In this document: positions 50,071 through 60,286 of the stretch, in pieces
Position numbering within the stretch: the stretch's first letter is position 1
Layout: each line of letters starts with the position of its first letter
Assembly: GCA_900540855.1 (NCBI GenBank)
Contig: UQHK01000007.1
Location: 20,302 to 84,301 of the forward strand
Reading direction: 5' to 3'
Length of the DNA: 64,000 nucleotides
Source: an uncultured Collinsella sp.
GTDB lineage: Bacteria; Actinomycetota; Coriobacteriia; Coriobacteriales; Coriobacteriaceae
Made by a program: the position numbers and the translations under genes
The notes under the pieces: model-generated
Seen by the model: the letters and a program-made list of their open reading frames with translations, nothing else
Told to the model about the DNA's origin: nothing
Databases searched by the model: none

Positions 50071-50775
50071 ATGGCAATCAAGGTGTTCGCTGATGGTGCA
50101 AACCTCGAAGGCATGCTCGACATGTACGAGAACGGCAACGTTCAGGGTTTCACGACCAACCCGTCCCTTATGAAGAAGGGCGGCGTGACGGATTACCGCG
50201 CGTTTGCCAAGGAGGTCCTGGCCCACATCACCGATGTGTCCGTGTCGTTTGAGGTCTTTGCCGACGACATCGAGACCATGGAGGTCGAGGCGCGCGAGAT
50301 CGCTACCTGGGCCGAGAGCGTCTACGTCAAGATTCCATGCGTGACCACCAAGGGCGAGTCCACCGCCGGGCTGGTGCGCAAGCTTTCTGCCGACGGCATC
50401 AAGGTCAACGTCACCACCATCTTTACGCCTACGCAGGTCGACGAGATGGTCGAGGCCGTTGACGCCGAGACGCCGTCCATTATCTCGCTCTTTGCCGGTC
50501 GCATCGCCGATACCGGCGTTGATCCCATTCCGTTTATGACGGAGTCGGTCAAGAAGGCCACCGCCAAGCCCAACTGCGAGGTCCTGTGGGCATCCACGCG
50601 CGAGCTCATCAACATTTACCAGGCCGAAGCCTGCGGTTGCCAGATCATCACGGTGCCCAACAGCATCCTGGCCAAGCGTAAGAACATCGGCCGTGACCCG
50701 TACGAGGTCTCGCTCGATACCGTGCGCGGTTTTGCCAAGGATATCGCCTCGCTCGGTTTCCATATCCTGCCGTAA
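50071..50775 (+). CDS. transaldolase-family protein (Fsa/TalC-like), paralog 2
   Basis: About 80% identical to the 46768 gene product. A 21-bp duplicate of its 3' end lies at 50911-50933. Confidence 0.8.
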   Translation: MAIKVFADGANLEGMLDMYENGNVQGFTTNPSLMKKGGVTDYRAFAKEVLAHITDVSVSFEVFADDIETMEVEAREIATWAESVYVKIPCVTTKGESTAGLVRKLSADGIKVNVTTIFTPTQVDEMVEAVDAETPSIISLFAGRIADTGVDPIPFMTESVKKATAKPNCEVLWASTRELINIYQAEACGCQIITVPNSILAKRKNIGRDPYEVSLDTVRGFAKDIASLGFHILP

Positions 50776-51014
50776 CGCGAACGCTGGCTACATCGCGGGT
50801 TGTTCGCCCCGGCCTTTTCTTTCCCTATCGCTCACGCGCTTCGCGAGGGTCGCGCTAGGCAAAGGAAAGGCCGGGGCTGCCGACACGAACTTACCGGTAG
50901 GTTGGTGATAGGCTTCCATATCCTGCCGTGGACAAAGGTGCCCCCGCCTGCGCCGTGCAAAATTGAGAGTATTCAGCAAGGTAAAGGCTTTAACCAGCTG
51001 GGTGAAGCATGGAA

Positions 51015-51068
51015 CAGCCCCCGTTTTGGCTCTGATGACGCTAAAACGGGGGCTGTTTCTTGCTTTTT
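51015..51068 (+). terminator. rho-independent terminator
   Basis: cagcccccgtttt-ggctctgatgacgct-aaaacgggggctg followed by tttcttgcttttt. Confidence 0.6.
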
Positions 51069-51155
51069 CGTCTCTGAGGGGCATCCGGAACGGTGGAATT
51101 TGCAGAATACTCGCGATTTTGCACGTCGCGAGAGGGGGGACCCTTGCTTGGCGGT

Positions 51156-53303
51156 TTACTTCCCCTGCACCATGGTGAGGGAGATCTTCTTGCGGTCGCG
51201 ATCGACCTTTTCAACCCACACCTTGACCGTGTCACCGACGCGCACCACGTCGCTGGGGTGCTTGACGAAGCGGTTGGCCAGCTTGGAGATGTGCACGAGG
51301 CCGTCCTGGTGCACGCCCACGTCGACGAAGGCGCCAAAGTCGACGACGTTGCGCACCGTGCCCTTGAGTTCCATGCCGGGCTCCAGGTCGTCGATCGAAA
51401 GCGCCGAGCGGCTAAAGACTACCTCGGGCGCGTCGTCGCGCGGGTCGCGACCGGGCTTCTTGAGCTCGTTGACGATGTCGATGAGCGTGAGGGTGCCGCA
51501 GTCCAGGTCGCTTGCCAGCGCCGAGATGCTGCCCAGGCGGCGCTCGATATCGGGCACGCCGCCGCGGCTGAGCTCGCTTGCCGCAACGCCGGCGCGCTCC
51601 AGGACGGCCGTGGCCACCTCGTAGCTTTCGGGGTGGACGCTTGTCGCGTCGAGCGGGTTCTTGCCGCCGCTGATGCGCAGGAAACCTGCGGCGTTGAGGT
51701 ACGCCTTGGGTCCCAGCTTGGGGACCTTCTTGAGCTGGCGGCGATCGGTAAAGGCGCCGTTTTCCTCGCGGTAGGCCACGATGTTTTTGGCTACGCTCGG
51801 CGTAATGCCCGACACGTAGCCCAGCAGGCTTGCGCTCGCGGTGTTGACGTCGACGCCCACACGGTTGACGACGTCTTCCACCACGTGGCCCAGGGTGCGC
51901 GAAAGCTCGGCCTGGTCAAGGTCGTGCTGGTACTGGCCAACGCCGATGGACTGGGGCGGAATCTTGACGAGCTCTGCCAGCGGGTCTTGCAGACGGCGGC
52001 CCAGGCTCATGGCGCCACGTACGGTGACATCCAGATCGGGATACTCCTGGCTCGCGAGCTCGGAGGCGGAGTACACCGACGCGCCGGCCTCGTTGACGAT
52101 GGTGTAGCGAAGGCTGGGTGCCTGCTCGGCGATGAACTCCGAGACGACTTCCTCGGTCTCGCGGCTGGCGGTGCCGTTGCCGATGACGATGGTGTTGACG
52201 CCGTCCTTCTTGACGAGGCGGGCGAGCTCGCGCTTAGTGCCGGCGACGTCGTGGCGCGGCTTGGTGGGGTAGACTACGCCGTGGTCGAGCAGCTTGCCGG
52301 TCTCGTCCATGACGGCGACCTTGCAGCCGGTGCGGTAGCCCGGGTCGAGCGCGAGCACGCGTGCGCCGCGCACGGGGCGCGCCGAGAGCAGGCCCTCGAG
52401 ATTCTTGGCAAAGACGTTGATGGCCTCGGTCTGGGCACGAACGGTGAGCTTGGCGCGGGCCTCGCGCTCCAGGGAGGGGGCCATAAGGCGCTTGTAGCCG
52501 TCGGCGATGGCGGCGTCGAAGACCGGGGCGAAGACGCCCTGGCGTCGGGGCCAACGGCTACCGAGGCGTGCCGTGGCGGCGGCGCCGTCGACGTTGACGC
52601 GTACGCGGAGCTTGCCCTCGCGCTCGCCGCGGTCGATGGCAAGGATGCGGTGGTTGGGGATCTTGCGCACGGGTTCGTCGTAGTTGTAGTAGGGCTCGTA
52701 GGGGGTCTTCTCGGCGGGGTCGGTGGCCTCGACGACGATGTCGGCGGTGTTTTGTGTAAAGGTGCGCAGGTCGGCGACGTTCTCCGGGTCCTCGGCTACC
52801 GTCTCGGCCACGATGTCGGCGGCGCCGGCAAGCGCCTTCTCGGGCGTGTCGAAGCCGGCCTCCTCGTTAACGTATGCCGCGGCGGTGACGAGCGCGCTGC
52901 CCTTGGCGGATGCCTGCATGATGATCATGTTGGCAAGCGGCTCCAGGCCTGCCTCGCGGGCCTTCTGCGCGCGGGTCATGCGCTTTTTGCGGTAGGGCTT
53001 GTAGAGGTCCTCGACACGCTGGAGCTGCGTGGCCTCGCGGATCTGTGCCTCGAGCTCGGGCGTGAGCTTGCCTTGGGCGTCGATGAGCAGAATGACGTCC
53101 TCTTTACGCTGCTCAAGATTGCGCAGGTAGGACAGGCGCTCGTCGAGTGCGCGCAGGGCGACGTCGTCCATGCCGCCCGTGGCTTCCTTGCGGTAGCGCG
53201 AGATAAATGGGATGGTGTTGCCCTCGTCGATGAGCTTGACGGCCGCCTCGACGTTGGCGGCCTTAAGGTTGAGCTCGCGGGCGAGCTGGGCGATAAGATC
53301 CAT
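51156..53303 (-). CDS. tex: Tex-like transcription accessory protein (YqgF, HhH and S1 domains)
   Basis: 715 aa. C-terminal S1 domain. RBS aaggag upstream. Confidence 0.9.
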   Translation of the reverse strand: MDLIAQLARELNLKAANVEAAVKLIDEGNTIPFISRYRKEATGGMDDVALRALDERLSYLRNLEQRKEDVILLIDAQGKLTPELEAQIREATQLQRVEDLYKPYRKKRMTRAQKAREAGLEPLANMIIMQASAKGSALVTAAAYVNEEAGFDTPEKALAGAADIVAETVAEDPENVADLRTFTQNTADIVVEATDPAEKTPYEPYYNYDEPVRKIPNHRILAIDRGEREGKLRVRVNVDGAAATARLGSRWPRRQGVFAPVFDAAIADGYKRLMAPSLEREARAKLTVRAQTEAINVFAKNLEGLLSARPVRGARVLALDPGYRTGCKVAVMDETGKLLDHGVVYPTKPRHDVAGTKRELARLVKKDGVNTIVIGNGTASRETEEVVSEFIAEQAPSLRYTIVNEAGASVYSASELASQEYPDLDVTVRGAMSLGRRLQDPLAELVKIPPQSIGVGQYQHDLDQAELSRTLGHVVEDVVNRVGVDVNTASASLLGYVSGITPSVAKNIVAYREENGAFTDRRQLKKVPKLGPKAYLNAAGFLRISGGKNPLDATSVHPESYEVATAVLERAGVAASELSRGGVPDIERRLGSISALASDLDCGTLTLIDIVNELKKPGRDPRDDAPEVVFSRSALSIDDLEPGMELKGTVRNVVDFGAFVDVGVHQDGLVHISKLANRFVKHPSDVVRVGDTVKVWVEKVDRDRKKISLTMVQGK

Positions 53304-53385
53304 GGGACTCCTTGCGTTTAAGGTGCGTTTGCAGCACAGGGCTACCAAGGATACCACCCGCCCCAAAAGACTGTTTTGGGGCCGC

Positions 53386-53545
53386 GCCACGAAAGCGGCC
53401 TATCTACTACGTTTGAACCGTATGGGTCGACCATCCCCCGGTTTTCCGAGAATACGCAAGCCGTCTACCTGCGGCTTTTATTTCGCGAAATTTGGCATGG
53501 TTAAGGGCGATCGGTTAAACGTAGTAGATAGGCGCGTTTCGTGGC
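53386..53545 (-). mobile_element. MITE-like 160-bp element, copy 2 (inverse orientation relative to copy 1)
   Basis: Terminal inverted repeats gccacgaaagcggcctatctactacgttt / aaacgtagtagataggcgcgtttcgtggc. Internal similarity to 27941-28100. Confidence 0.6.
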
Positions 53546-53714
53546 GAACGAATCAAGCCGAGGTGCAAAATAGCCCCCGCCCCAGAAAAATCGTCGGCAA
53601 GGTAGCAAAATGCCCCGCGGGCAGGAGGCTGCTCGCGGGGCAAAGAAGAGGGGCTTATTTGTGGCGGACCGAGGGGCTCGGCATGGGGTTTCCGCCGCGG
53701 CCGCTCTTAAGGCA

Positions 53715-54755
53715 TTACGGCTCGACGAGCTGACCGGTCTCGGCGGCCTCCTTGATGGCGTTAAGCAGCGTGAGCGTCTTGACGTTGTCGGCGGGGGTCA
53801 CGACGGGCTCGACCTCGCGGCGGACAACCTTCACAAAGTGCTTGAGCTGCATCTTGTGCGGCAGTGCCGGGTCGACAGCCGGAATCTCCATCTGCAGCGG
53901 CTTGTGCCAGTTGGAGGCACCGTCGTAGGAGAACTGGTGCAGGCGGGGCAGCGAAAGGGCGCCCTTGGTGCCGCCAATAAAGTAGACATCGGCGTCGAAG
54001 GGGCGGTACTGCGGGTCCTCGCGAGCAGTCGCCTCCCAGTTCCAGGGGCTGGCGGTGGCATCGGAGATGGTCATGCTTGCGAGCGCGCCATCGGCAAAAC
54101 GGACGTTGACCACGGCGGAGTCCTCGGTCTCAAAACCGCGGGCGGCGCTGGACTGCATACCCTGGACGGCAACGGGCTCGCCCAGCAGATAGCGGAGCAG
54201 GTCGACGTCGTGAACCAGGTTAACCAGGATCGGGCCGGCACCCTTCTTGCGGCGCCACTCGACATCGAAATACTCGTCATTCTTATAGATCATGTAGTGG
54301 AAGCTCGACACGGTGAGCTTGCCCAGCTCGCCAGACTCGATGATCTCCTTGGCCTTGTTGACGAAGGGGTTGTGGCGACGGTGCTGACCCACGAGCACGG
54401 GCACGCCGGCGGTCTCGGCCTCGGCGGCAAAGGCCTGGGCATCCTCGAGATCGTTGGAGATCGGCTTTTCGACCAGCGGCACGATGTTGCGCTTGATGGC
54501 CTCGCGAGCAACGCCCAGGTGCAGGTCGTTGGGGGTGGCGATGATGACGGCCTCGGGTTTGACCTCGTCCATCATCTGGGCGGGATCGGTGTAAAACGGC
54601 ACGCCAGCGGCCTCGGCCGTGGCGCGTGCGCCCTCAAAGGCGTCGGCGATGGCGACGAGCTCGGCCTCGGGCTCCTCGGTGACAAAGCGGATGTGGTTGC
54701 GGCCCATGGCACCGGCGCCGATAACGGCAATGCGGACGGGGTTGAGCTCAGACAT
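53715..54755 (-). CDS. Gfo/Idh/MocA-family oxidoreductase
   Basis: IAVIGAGAMGRNH Rossmann motif. 346 aa. Confidence 0.85.
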   Translation of the reverse strand: MSELNPVRIAVIGAGAMGRNHIRFVTEEPEAELVAIADAFEGARATAEAAGVPFYTDPAQMMDEVKPEAVIIATPNDLHLGVAREAIKRNIVPLVEKPISNDLEDAQAFAAEAETAGVPVLVGQHRRHNPFVNKAKEIIESGELGKLTVSSFHYMIYKNDEYFDVEWRRKKGAGPILVNLVHDVDLLRYLLGEPVAVQGMQSSAARGFETEDSAVVNVRFADGALASMTISDATASPWNWEATAREDPQYRPFDADVYFIGGTKGALSLPRLHQFSYDGASNWHKPLQMEIPAVDPALPHKMQLKHFVKVVRREVEPVVTPADNVKTLTLLNAIKEAAETGQLVEP

Positions 54756-54824
54756 TTCGACTCCTTAATACTGGTGACCGGTGGAATGCGACAAAAGGGC
54801 TGCCCCTTTGTCGCATCGGTAAAA

Positions 54825-56081
54825 CTAGGCGGACTTCTTCTTGCTGTCGGAGACCATCATGTAGACGGTGAGCACGACGGCGATGGCGGCGATTACGATG
54901 GCGCCGTAGAAGGACTGCTGGTAGGCGGCGCTGCCGGCCTCGGCGTGATACAGCACAGCGGTGATGGGCTGGCTGATCCAGGTGGAAGCGGCATAGCCCA
55001 AGAACATGATGCCGTAGTTGACGCCGATGTTGCTGGTACCAAAGGCGCCACCGGTGAGCGGCGGGTAGATGACGAGCAGGGCGCCAAAGCTAAAGCCGAG
55101 CAGGGCGAGCGCAACAAAGAACATGCTCTGCGTAAAGCTCATCGACATGATGACGAGCGCGACGATGGTGACGACAAGGCTGATGAGCAGCGACTTGTAG
55201 GCGCCGAGCTTGTCGATGATCTGGCCGAAGGACAGGCGGCCGACCAGGTTGGCGCAGGTGTTGACGGAGACGACCACGCCGCCGAGGGCGACGGCCGCAG
55301 CGCTCGTGGGGTCGGCGAAGAGCTGGACGGCGGCGATGGAGGCAACCTTGCCCACGAGCAGGGTGCCCGCGGTGGCGGCAAAGGCGAAGGTGACGATGAG
55401 GACCCAGAAGCGCGGGGTCTTGACCATCTCGCCCGGGGTGAGGTCGCCGAAGGTGCCGGCGTGCGCGCCGCCCTTGGGGGCCTCGAAGCCCTCGGGCAGC
55501 CAACCGGCCTCGGGGGCCTTCAGGAACAGGGCGGAGGCGGCGATCATCACAAAGAAGATGACGCCGAGTGCCTTAAGGGCGCCAAAGATGCCCAGGCTCG
55601 GGATGAGCAGCGAGGCGAGCACCGGGGACAGCACGGCGGGACCGGCGGTCGAAGCGGCCAGGGTGATGCCGGAGGCGAGACCCTTCTTGTCGATGAACCA
55701 CTTTTGGCCGGTGGTGAGCGCGGGGTTGTAACCCAGGCCGTTGCCGATGGCGGCGACGAGCGAGAACCACAGGTAGAACTGCCACGGCTCGGTAACGGTG
55801 CCGGACATGAACCAGCCCAGGCCGTAGCACACGGCGGCGGCGATCACGACGTTGCGCGGGCCGATCTTATCGGAGATGCGGCCGGCGAAGATGCCCGTCA
55901 CGGCCATGATGGTCTGAAAGACCGGGAAGGCCCAGGTAAGAGCGCTGGACCACTCGGGATAGACGGCGAGCAGGTTCTTGGACACGACGGAGTACAGCGC
56001 GATGGAGCTGATGAAGAACATGGTGACGCACGCGGCGGAAAGCACGACGGCGCGACCCTTGTTGGAGTTGGTGGAAGCCAT
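54825..56081 (-). CDS. MFS transporter (oxalate/formate antiporter-like)
   Basis: 418 aa with 12 predicted TM helices. Confidence 0.8.
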   Translation of the reverse strand: MASTNSNKGRAVVLSAACVTMFFISSIALYSVVSKNLLAVYPEWSSALTWAFPVFQTIMAVTGIFAGRISDKIGPRNVVIAAAVCYGLGWFMSGTVTEPWQFYLWFSLVAAIGNGLGYNPALTTGQKWFIDKKGLASGITLAASTAGPAVLSPVLASLLIPSLGIFGALKALGVIFFVMIAASALFLKAPEAGWLPEGFEAPKGGAHAGTFGDLTPGEMVKTPRFWVLIVTFAFAATAGTLLVGKVASIAAVQLFADPTSAAAVALGGVVVSVNTCANLVGRLSFGQIIDKLGAYKSLLISLVVTIVALVIMSMSFTQSMFFVALALLGFSFGALLVIYPPLTGGAFGTSNIGVNYGIMFLGYAASTWISQPITAVLYHAEAGSAAYQQSFYGAIVIAAIAVVLTVYMMVSDSKKKSA

Positions 56082-56166
56082 GGGACTCTTTCTAATCGAT
56101 GCGGGGGGAGGGGAGGGGCAAACGCCGCTGAGGTGCTTGCCCCGCGCCCCTTTCTACCGGGTTGGT

Positions 56167-57048
56167 TTACTGGTCGGTCGGCTTGGCGACGCCGGACTCA
56201 TCGGACCAAAGCTCGATACCCTTGTTCTTAAGGTAGTTGTCGGCATAGGCGCGACGGCCGCCGGGCTTAGCGGTGAGGTCGCCCATCATGTTGGAGAAGC
56301 CGCCATCAACCTTGATGGCGTCGCCGGTGGTAAAGTCCGAGCGCTTGGACGCCAGGAACATGACGGCGTTGGCGATATCGCTGACCTCGCCGATGCGGCG
56401 CGTGGCGATAAGGCGGCTGCGGCTCTTCTCGACCTCGGGGTCAGCGTAAAAGCTCGCCGACATGGGGGTCTTGACAAAGCAGGGCTCGACGCAGTTGGAG
56501 CGCACGCCGTAGGGGCCCCACTCGGCGGCCAGCATCTTGGACATCATGTTGACGCCCGCCTTGGTGGAGCTGTACACGCCCGAGAACGTCTCGGGGGAGT
56601 GGCTGGCGACGGTCGAGATGTGCACCAGACGACCCTGGCCGGCCTTGATCATCTCGCGACCAAAGCGCTGCGAGGTGATGAAGTAGCCGGTGAGGTTGAC
56701 GTTGATGACCTCGTTCCAGTCACTCAGCGGCAGGTCTTCCATGGCGGCGAAGCGCAGGATGCCGGCGGTGTTGACGAGGACGTCGACGCGGCCGAAGTCG
56801 GCGATGGTGGCATCGACGGCGGCCTGAACCTCGGCCTCGTCGGTGGCGTTCATCTTGTAGCCCTCGGCGTGGATGCCAAACTCGGCGGCGAGGTCGGCAG
56901 CTGTGGCCTTGACCTTCTCCTCGTCCAGGTCGAGCAGGACAACGTTGGCGCCGTTGCGGGCGAACTCGCGGCAGATCTCGACGCCCATGCCGCCGAGCGC
57001 GCCGGTCACAGCGCAGACATCGCCCTCGAGCTTAAGCCAGTTGCTCAT
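56167..57048 (-). CDS. SDR-family oxidoreductase with an approximately 30-aa C-terminal extension
   Basis: TGALGGMG cofactor motif and YSSTK catalytic motif. 293 aa. Confidence 0.85.
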   Translation of the reverse strand: MSNWLKLEGDVCAVTGALGGMGVEICREFARNGANVVLLDLDEEKVKATAADLAAEFGIHAEGYKMNATDEAEVQAAVDATIADFGRVDVLVNTAGILRFAAMEDLPLSDWNEVINVNLTGYFITSQRFGREMIKAGQGRLVHISTVASHSPETFSGVYSSTKAGVNMMSKMLAAEWGPYGVRSNCVEPCFVKTPMSASFYADPEVEKSRSRLIATRRIGEVSDIANAVMFLASKRSDFTTGDAIKVDGGFSNMMGDLTAKPGGRRAYADNYLKNKGIELWSDESGVAKPTDQ

Positions 57049-57280
57049 AGGAACTTCCCTTCTTGTGCCTCCCTGTGGGCCGCTCCCATTAATCGACCCA
57101 CGTGGTTTTCGCTGGTTATCGTATGCTTTGCATTTGCGCAGGTGAATTGCATATTTGTTAGAATGGCGTTAACCATAGGTTTACACTGTGCGATGCAGTT
57201 TATTCTCAATTGAGCGCATGACCTGCGAAACAACCTCCTGTGGCACCATGTGGCCACGGGCGCGAAAACGGGAGATTGAC

Positions 57281-58159
57281 GTGTACGATCGACGACTTGA
57301 GGCCATATCGGCCGCTGCGGAGCTGGGAAGCTTCTCGCGTGCGGCGGCACAATTGCGCGTGTCGACTCCGGCGCTCGTCAAGCAGGTGTCGGGCTTCGAG
57401 GCCGAGTTCGGCATCACGCTGTTCGAACGCTCGCACTCGGGCGTCAAGGTGACGCCGGCGGGCGCTCTGCTGGTGGACGACGCGCGCTCGATCATGCGGC
57501 AGTCCGAGGACGCGCTGCGCCGTGCCCGACGCGCGGCGGGCGATGGCGGTGCCGTGCGCCTGGGCGTGTCGATGATGTGCCCTGGGCGCCAGACGCTGTC
57601 GATGTGGACGAGTGTGCACGAACTGGAGCCGTCACTGCGCTTTGAGATTGTGCCGGTGAGTGACCTTTATGATGAGCGCGAGACCGTCATGCGCAGCTTG
57701 GGCCGCGAGGTCGATGTGGTGCAATCGAGTTTTTCTACCCCACGCTGGGGTGATGCCTGCCAAAAGCTCCTTATCGTCAACGTACCGTTTTATATTGATG
57801 TGCCGCGCACGAGCCCGCTTGCGCGCAAGACGCGCATCACAGTTGCCGACCTGGAGGGCATGCGCCTGCGCGTGCTCCGTCACGGCAACGACGCTATGGA
57901 CAGCCTGCGCATCGACCTGTTGGCCGACGGCGGTGTGGACGTGATCGACGTGGATAGCTTCGACTTTGCGCTCTTTAACGAGGCGGAGGAAAAGGGCGAT
58001 GCGGTGCTCACCTGCGGAGCGTGGTCGGGCGTGCACCCGGCCTTTGTGGGCGTACCGTTCCTATGCGGCCGCGAGGTGCCGGTCTATTTGCACTACCCGC
58101 TTGAGCCCACCCTCCAAGTCCAAAAATTCGTCAACGCCATGGCCCAACTCCTCAAGTAG
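57281..58159 (+). CDS. LysR-family transcriptional regulator
   Basis: N-terminal HTH (LEAISAAAELGSFSRAAAQLRVSTPALVKQV). GTG start is 6 nt after ggag. Divergent from the SDR/MFS/Gfo operon. Confidence 0.7.
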   Translation: MYDRRLEAISAAAELGSFSRAAAQLRVSTPALVKQVSGFEAEFGITLFERSHSGVKVTPAGALLVDDARSIMRQSEDALRRARRAAGDGGAVRLGVSMMCPGRQTLSMWTSVHELEPSLRFEIVPVSDLYDERETVMRSLGREVDVVQSSFSTPRWGDACQKLLIVNVPFYIDVPRTSPLARKTRITVADLEGMRLRVLRHGNDAMDSLRIDLLADGGVDVIDVDSFDFALFNEAEEKGDAVLTCGAWSGVHPAFVGVPFLCGREVPVYLHYPLEPTLQVQKFVNAMAQLLK

Positions 58160-58171
58160 CTTACACAAAAC

Positions 58172-58212
58172 GAGGCCCTGGCCAAACGGCCAGGGCCTCA
58201 CTAACTTTTATT
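58172..58212 (+). terminator. stem-loop terminator
   Basis: gaggccctggcc-aaac-ggccagggcctc followed by a T-rich tail. Confidence 0.6.
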
Positions 58213-58242
58213 CCGTTTTAAATGACGGGCTAATCGCGTACA

Positions 58243-58352
58243 GGAGGGTGCCCCGGGGACGGGCGGGGTATTTCCTCCGCGCGCAGTTTCGCAGCGCAGC
58301 GAGAATGTTTGAGCACGGAGGAAATACCCCGCCCGTCCCCGGGGCACCCTCC
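58243..58352. repeat. long perfect inverted repeat (37-bp arms, 36-nt spacer)
   Basis: ggagggtgccccggggacgggcggggtatttcctccg ... cggaggaaataccccgcccgtccccggggcaccctcc. Confidence 0.8.
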
Positions 58353-58366
58353 GTCAGTAATCGGTC

Positions 58367-60286
58367 CTACTCCAGCTCAAACGCTCCGGTGTAGAGCTGG
58401 TAGTAATACCCGCGCTTGGCGATCAGTTCGTCGTGGTTGCCGCGCTCGATGATGCGGCCGTGATCCAGACAGATGATCGCGTCGGAGTTGCGCACGGTGG
58501 ACAAGCGGTGCGCGATGACAAACGTCGTGCGGCCTTCCATGAGCTTGTCCATGCCGGCCTGTACGATCGCCTCGGTGCGGGTGTCGATGGAGCTCGTGGC
58601 CTCGTCCAGAATCATCGCCGGCGGATCGGCGACGGCGGCGCGCGCGATCGAAATCAGCTGGCGCTGGCCCTGCGACAGCTGTGCGCCGTTGCCGGTGAGC
58701 ATGGTGTCGTAGCCGTCGGGGAGGCGGGTGATAAAGTCGTCCGCGCCCGCGAGCTTGGCCGCCGCGATGCACTCCTCGTCGGTGGCATCCAGGTTGCCGT
58801 AGCGGATGTTATCCATCACGGTGCCGGTGAACAGGTTCACGTCCTGCAGCACGACGCCCAGGCTTCGGCGCAGGTCGGCCTTGCGGATCTTGTTGACGTT
58901 GATGCCGTCGTAGCGGATCTTGCCGTCGGCGATGTCGTAGAAGCGGTTGATGAGGTTGGTGATGGTCGTCTTGCCGGCTCCGGTGGCGCCGACAAACGCG
59001 ACCTTCTGGCCCGGCTTGGCAAACACGGACACGCCGTGCAGCACCTCGTGGTCGGGCGTGTAGCCAAAGTCGACGTTGTCCATGACCAGGTCGCCGCGCA
59101 GCGGTACGTACTCGATCTCGCCGGTTGCGCGGTGCGGATGTTTCCATGCCCACATGCCGGTGTGGTGGTCAGCCTCCTCGAGCTGCCAGGTATCGGGGTT
59201 GACCTGCGCGTTGACGAGCGTCACATAGCCTTCGTCGGCTTCGGGCTTCTCGTCGATGAGCTCAAAGATACGGTCGGCGCCGGCGAGGCCCATGACCACG
59301 GCGTTGATCTGCTGCGAGATCTGGCCGATCTGTCCGCAGAACTGCTTGGTCATGTTGAGGAACGGCACCACGACGGCGATGGACAGCGCCATGCCCGAGA
59401 TGCTCAGGTTGGGCACGCCCAGTGCCAGGAAAATGCCGCCGGCAAGGGCCACCAGCACGTAGAGCAGGTTGCCCAGGTTCATAAGGATGGGCATGAGGAT
59501 GTTGGCATACATGTTGGCCTTCTGGGAGACCTCAAAGAGCTTTTCGTTGCGCTCGTCAAAATCGGCCTCGGCGGCAGACTCGTGGCAGAACGCCTTGACG
59601 ACCTTCTGGCCGTTCATGACCTCCTCGATATGGCCCTCGACCACGCCGAGCTCGGTCTGCTGCGCAATGAAGAAGCGCGCGGAGTTGGAGCCGAGCAGCT
59701 TGGTCATAAAGGTCATAAAGGCGACGCCGGCGATGATGACCAGGCACATCCACACGCTGTAGTACAGCATGATAAAGAACACCGTGACGATGATGATGAT
59801 CGTCATGAGCAGGTTGGGCAGCGACTGGCTGATCATCTGACGCAGTGTGTCGATGTCGTTGGTGTAGTGGCTCATGATATCGCCGCGCTGGTGCGTGTCG
59901 AAGTAGCGGATCGGCAGGTCCTGCATGCGGTTGAACATCATCTCGCGCAGCTTCTCGAGCGAGCCCTGCGTGACGATAGCCATGGCGCGGTTCCAGAAGA
60001 GCGAGGACAGGACGCCGACGCCGTAGATGCAGGCGAGGGTGGTCACGAGCTGCAGAATCTTGGGCTGTGCGGCTTCCCAATGGCCCGACTGCCACGATTC
60101 GCTAATAATCTGCAGGGCGCTCTGCAGGAAGGTCGCGCCGATGGAGTTGATGATGGCGCAGAGCACCACGCCGGCGACGACGAGGGGCAAAAGCACGGGA
60201 TAGAAGCCAAAGAGCGTCTTGATGAGGCGCGACATGGTGCCCCCCTTGCGGTTGAGCGCGCGCTCGGCGGTCGTTGCCTTACTCAT
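58367..60286 (-). CDS. ABC transporter permease/ATP-binding protein (heterodimer subunit B)
   Basis: GATGAGKTT, LSQGQRQL and ILDEATSSID motifs. RBS aggagg upstream. Start overlaps the upstream stop by 8 nt. Confidence 0.85.
   Translation of the reverse strand: MSKATTAERALNRKGGTMSRLIKTLFGFYPVLLPLVVAGVVLCAIINSIGATFLQSALQIISESWQSGHWEAAQPKILQLVTTLACIYGVGVLSSLFWNRAMAIVTQGSLEKLREMMFNRMQDLPIRYFDTHQRGDIMSHYTNDIDTLRQMISQSLPNLLMTIIIIVTVFFIMLYYSVWMCLVIIAGVAFMTFMTKLLGSNSARFFIAQQTELGVVEGHIEEVMNGQKVVKAFCHESAAEADFDERNEKLFEVSQKANMYANILMPILMNLGNLLYVLVALAGGIFLALGVPNLSISGMALSIAVVVPFLNMTKQFCGQIGQISQQINAVVMGLAGADRIFELIDEKPEADEGYVTLVNAQVNPDTWQLEEADHHTGMWAWKHPHRATGEIEYVPLRGDLVMDNVDFGYTPDHEVLHGVSVFAKPGQKVAFVGATGAGKTTITNLINRFYDIADGKIRYDGINVNKIRKADLRRSLGVVLQDVNLFTGTVMDNIRYGNLDATDEECIAAAKLAGADDFITRLPDGYDTMLTGNGAQLSQGQRQLISIARAAVADPPAMILDEATSSIDTRTEAIVQAGMDKLMEGRTTFVIAHRLSTVRNSDAIICLDHGRIIERGNHDELIAKRGYYYQLYTGAFELE

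Noticed and set aside
51093-53321. Long antisense ORFs (742, 873, 806, 740 and 771 aa) opposite tex, the Gfo/MFS operon, ABC genes, kup and the LTA synthase
   Set aside because: They encode Gly/Ala/Arg/Asp-rich low-complexity proteins typical of stop-poor frames in GC-rich DNA. Each lies opposite a gene with clear family motifs.
53212-53733. 173-aa ORF across MITE copy 2
   Set aside because: It runs through the MITE-like repeat and intergenic hairpins. It has low-complexity composition and no RBS.
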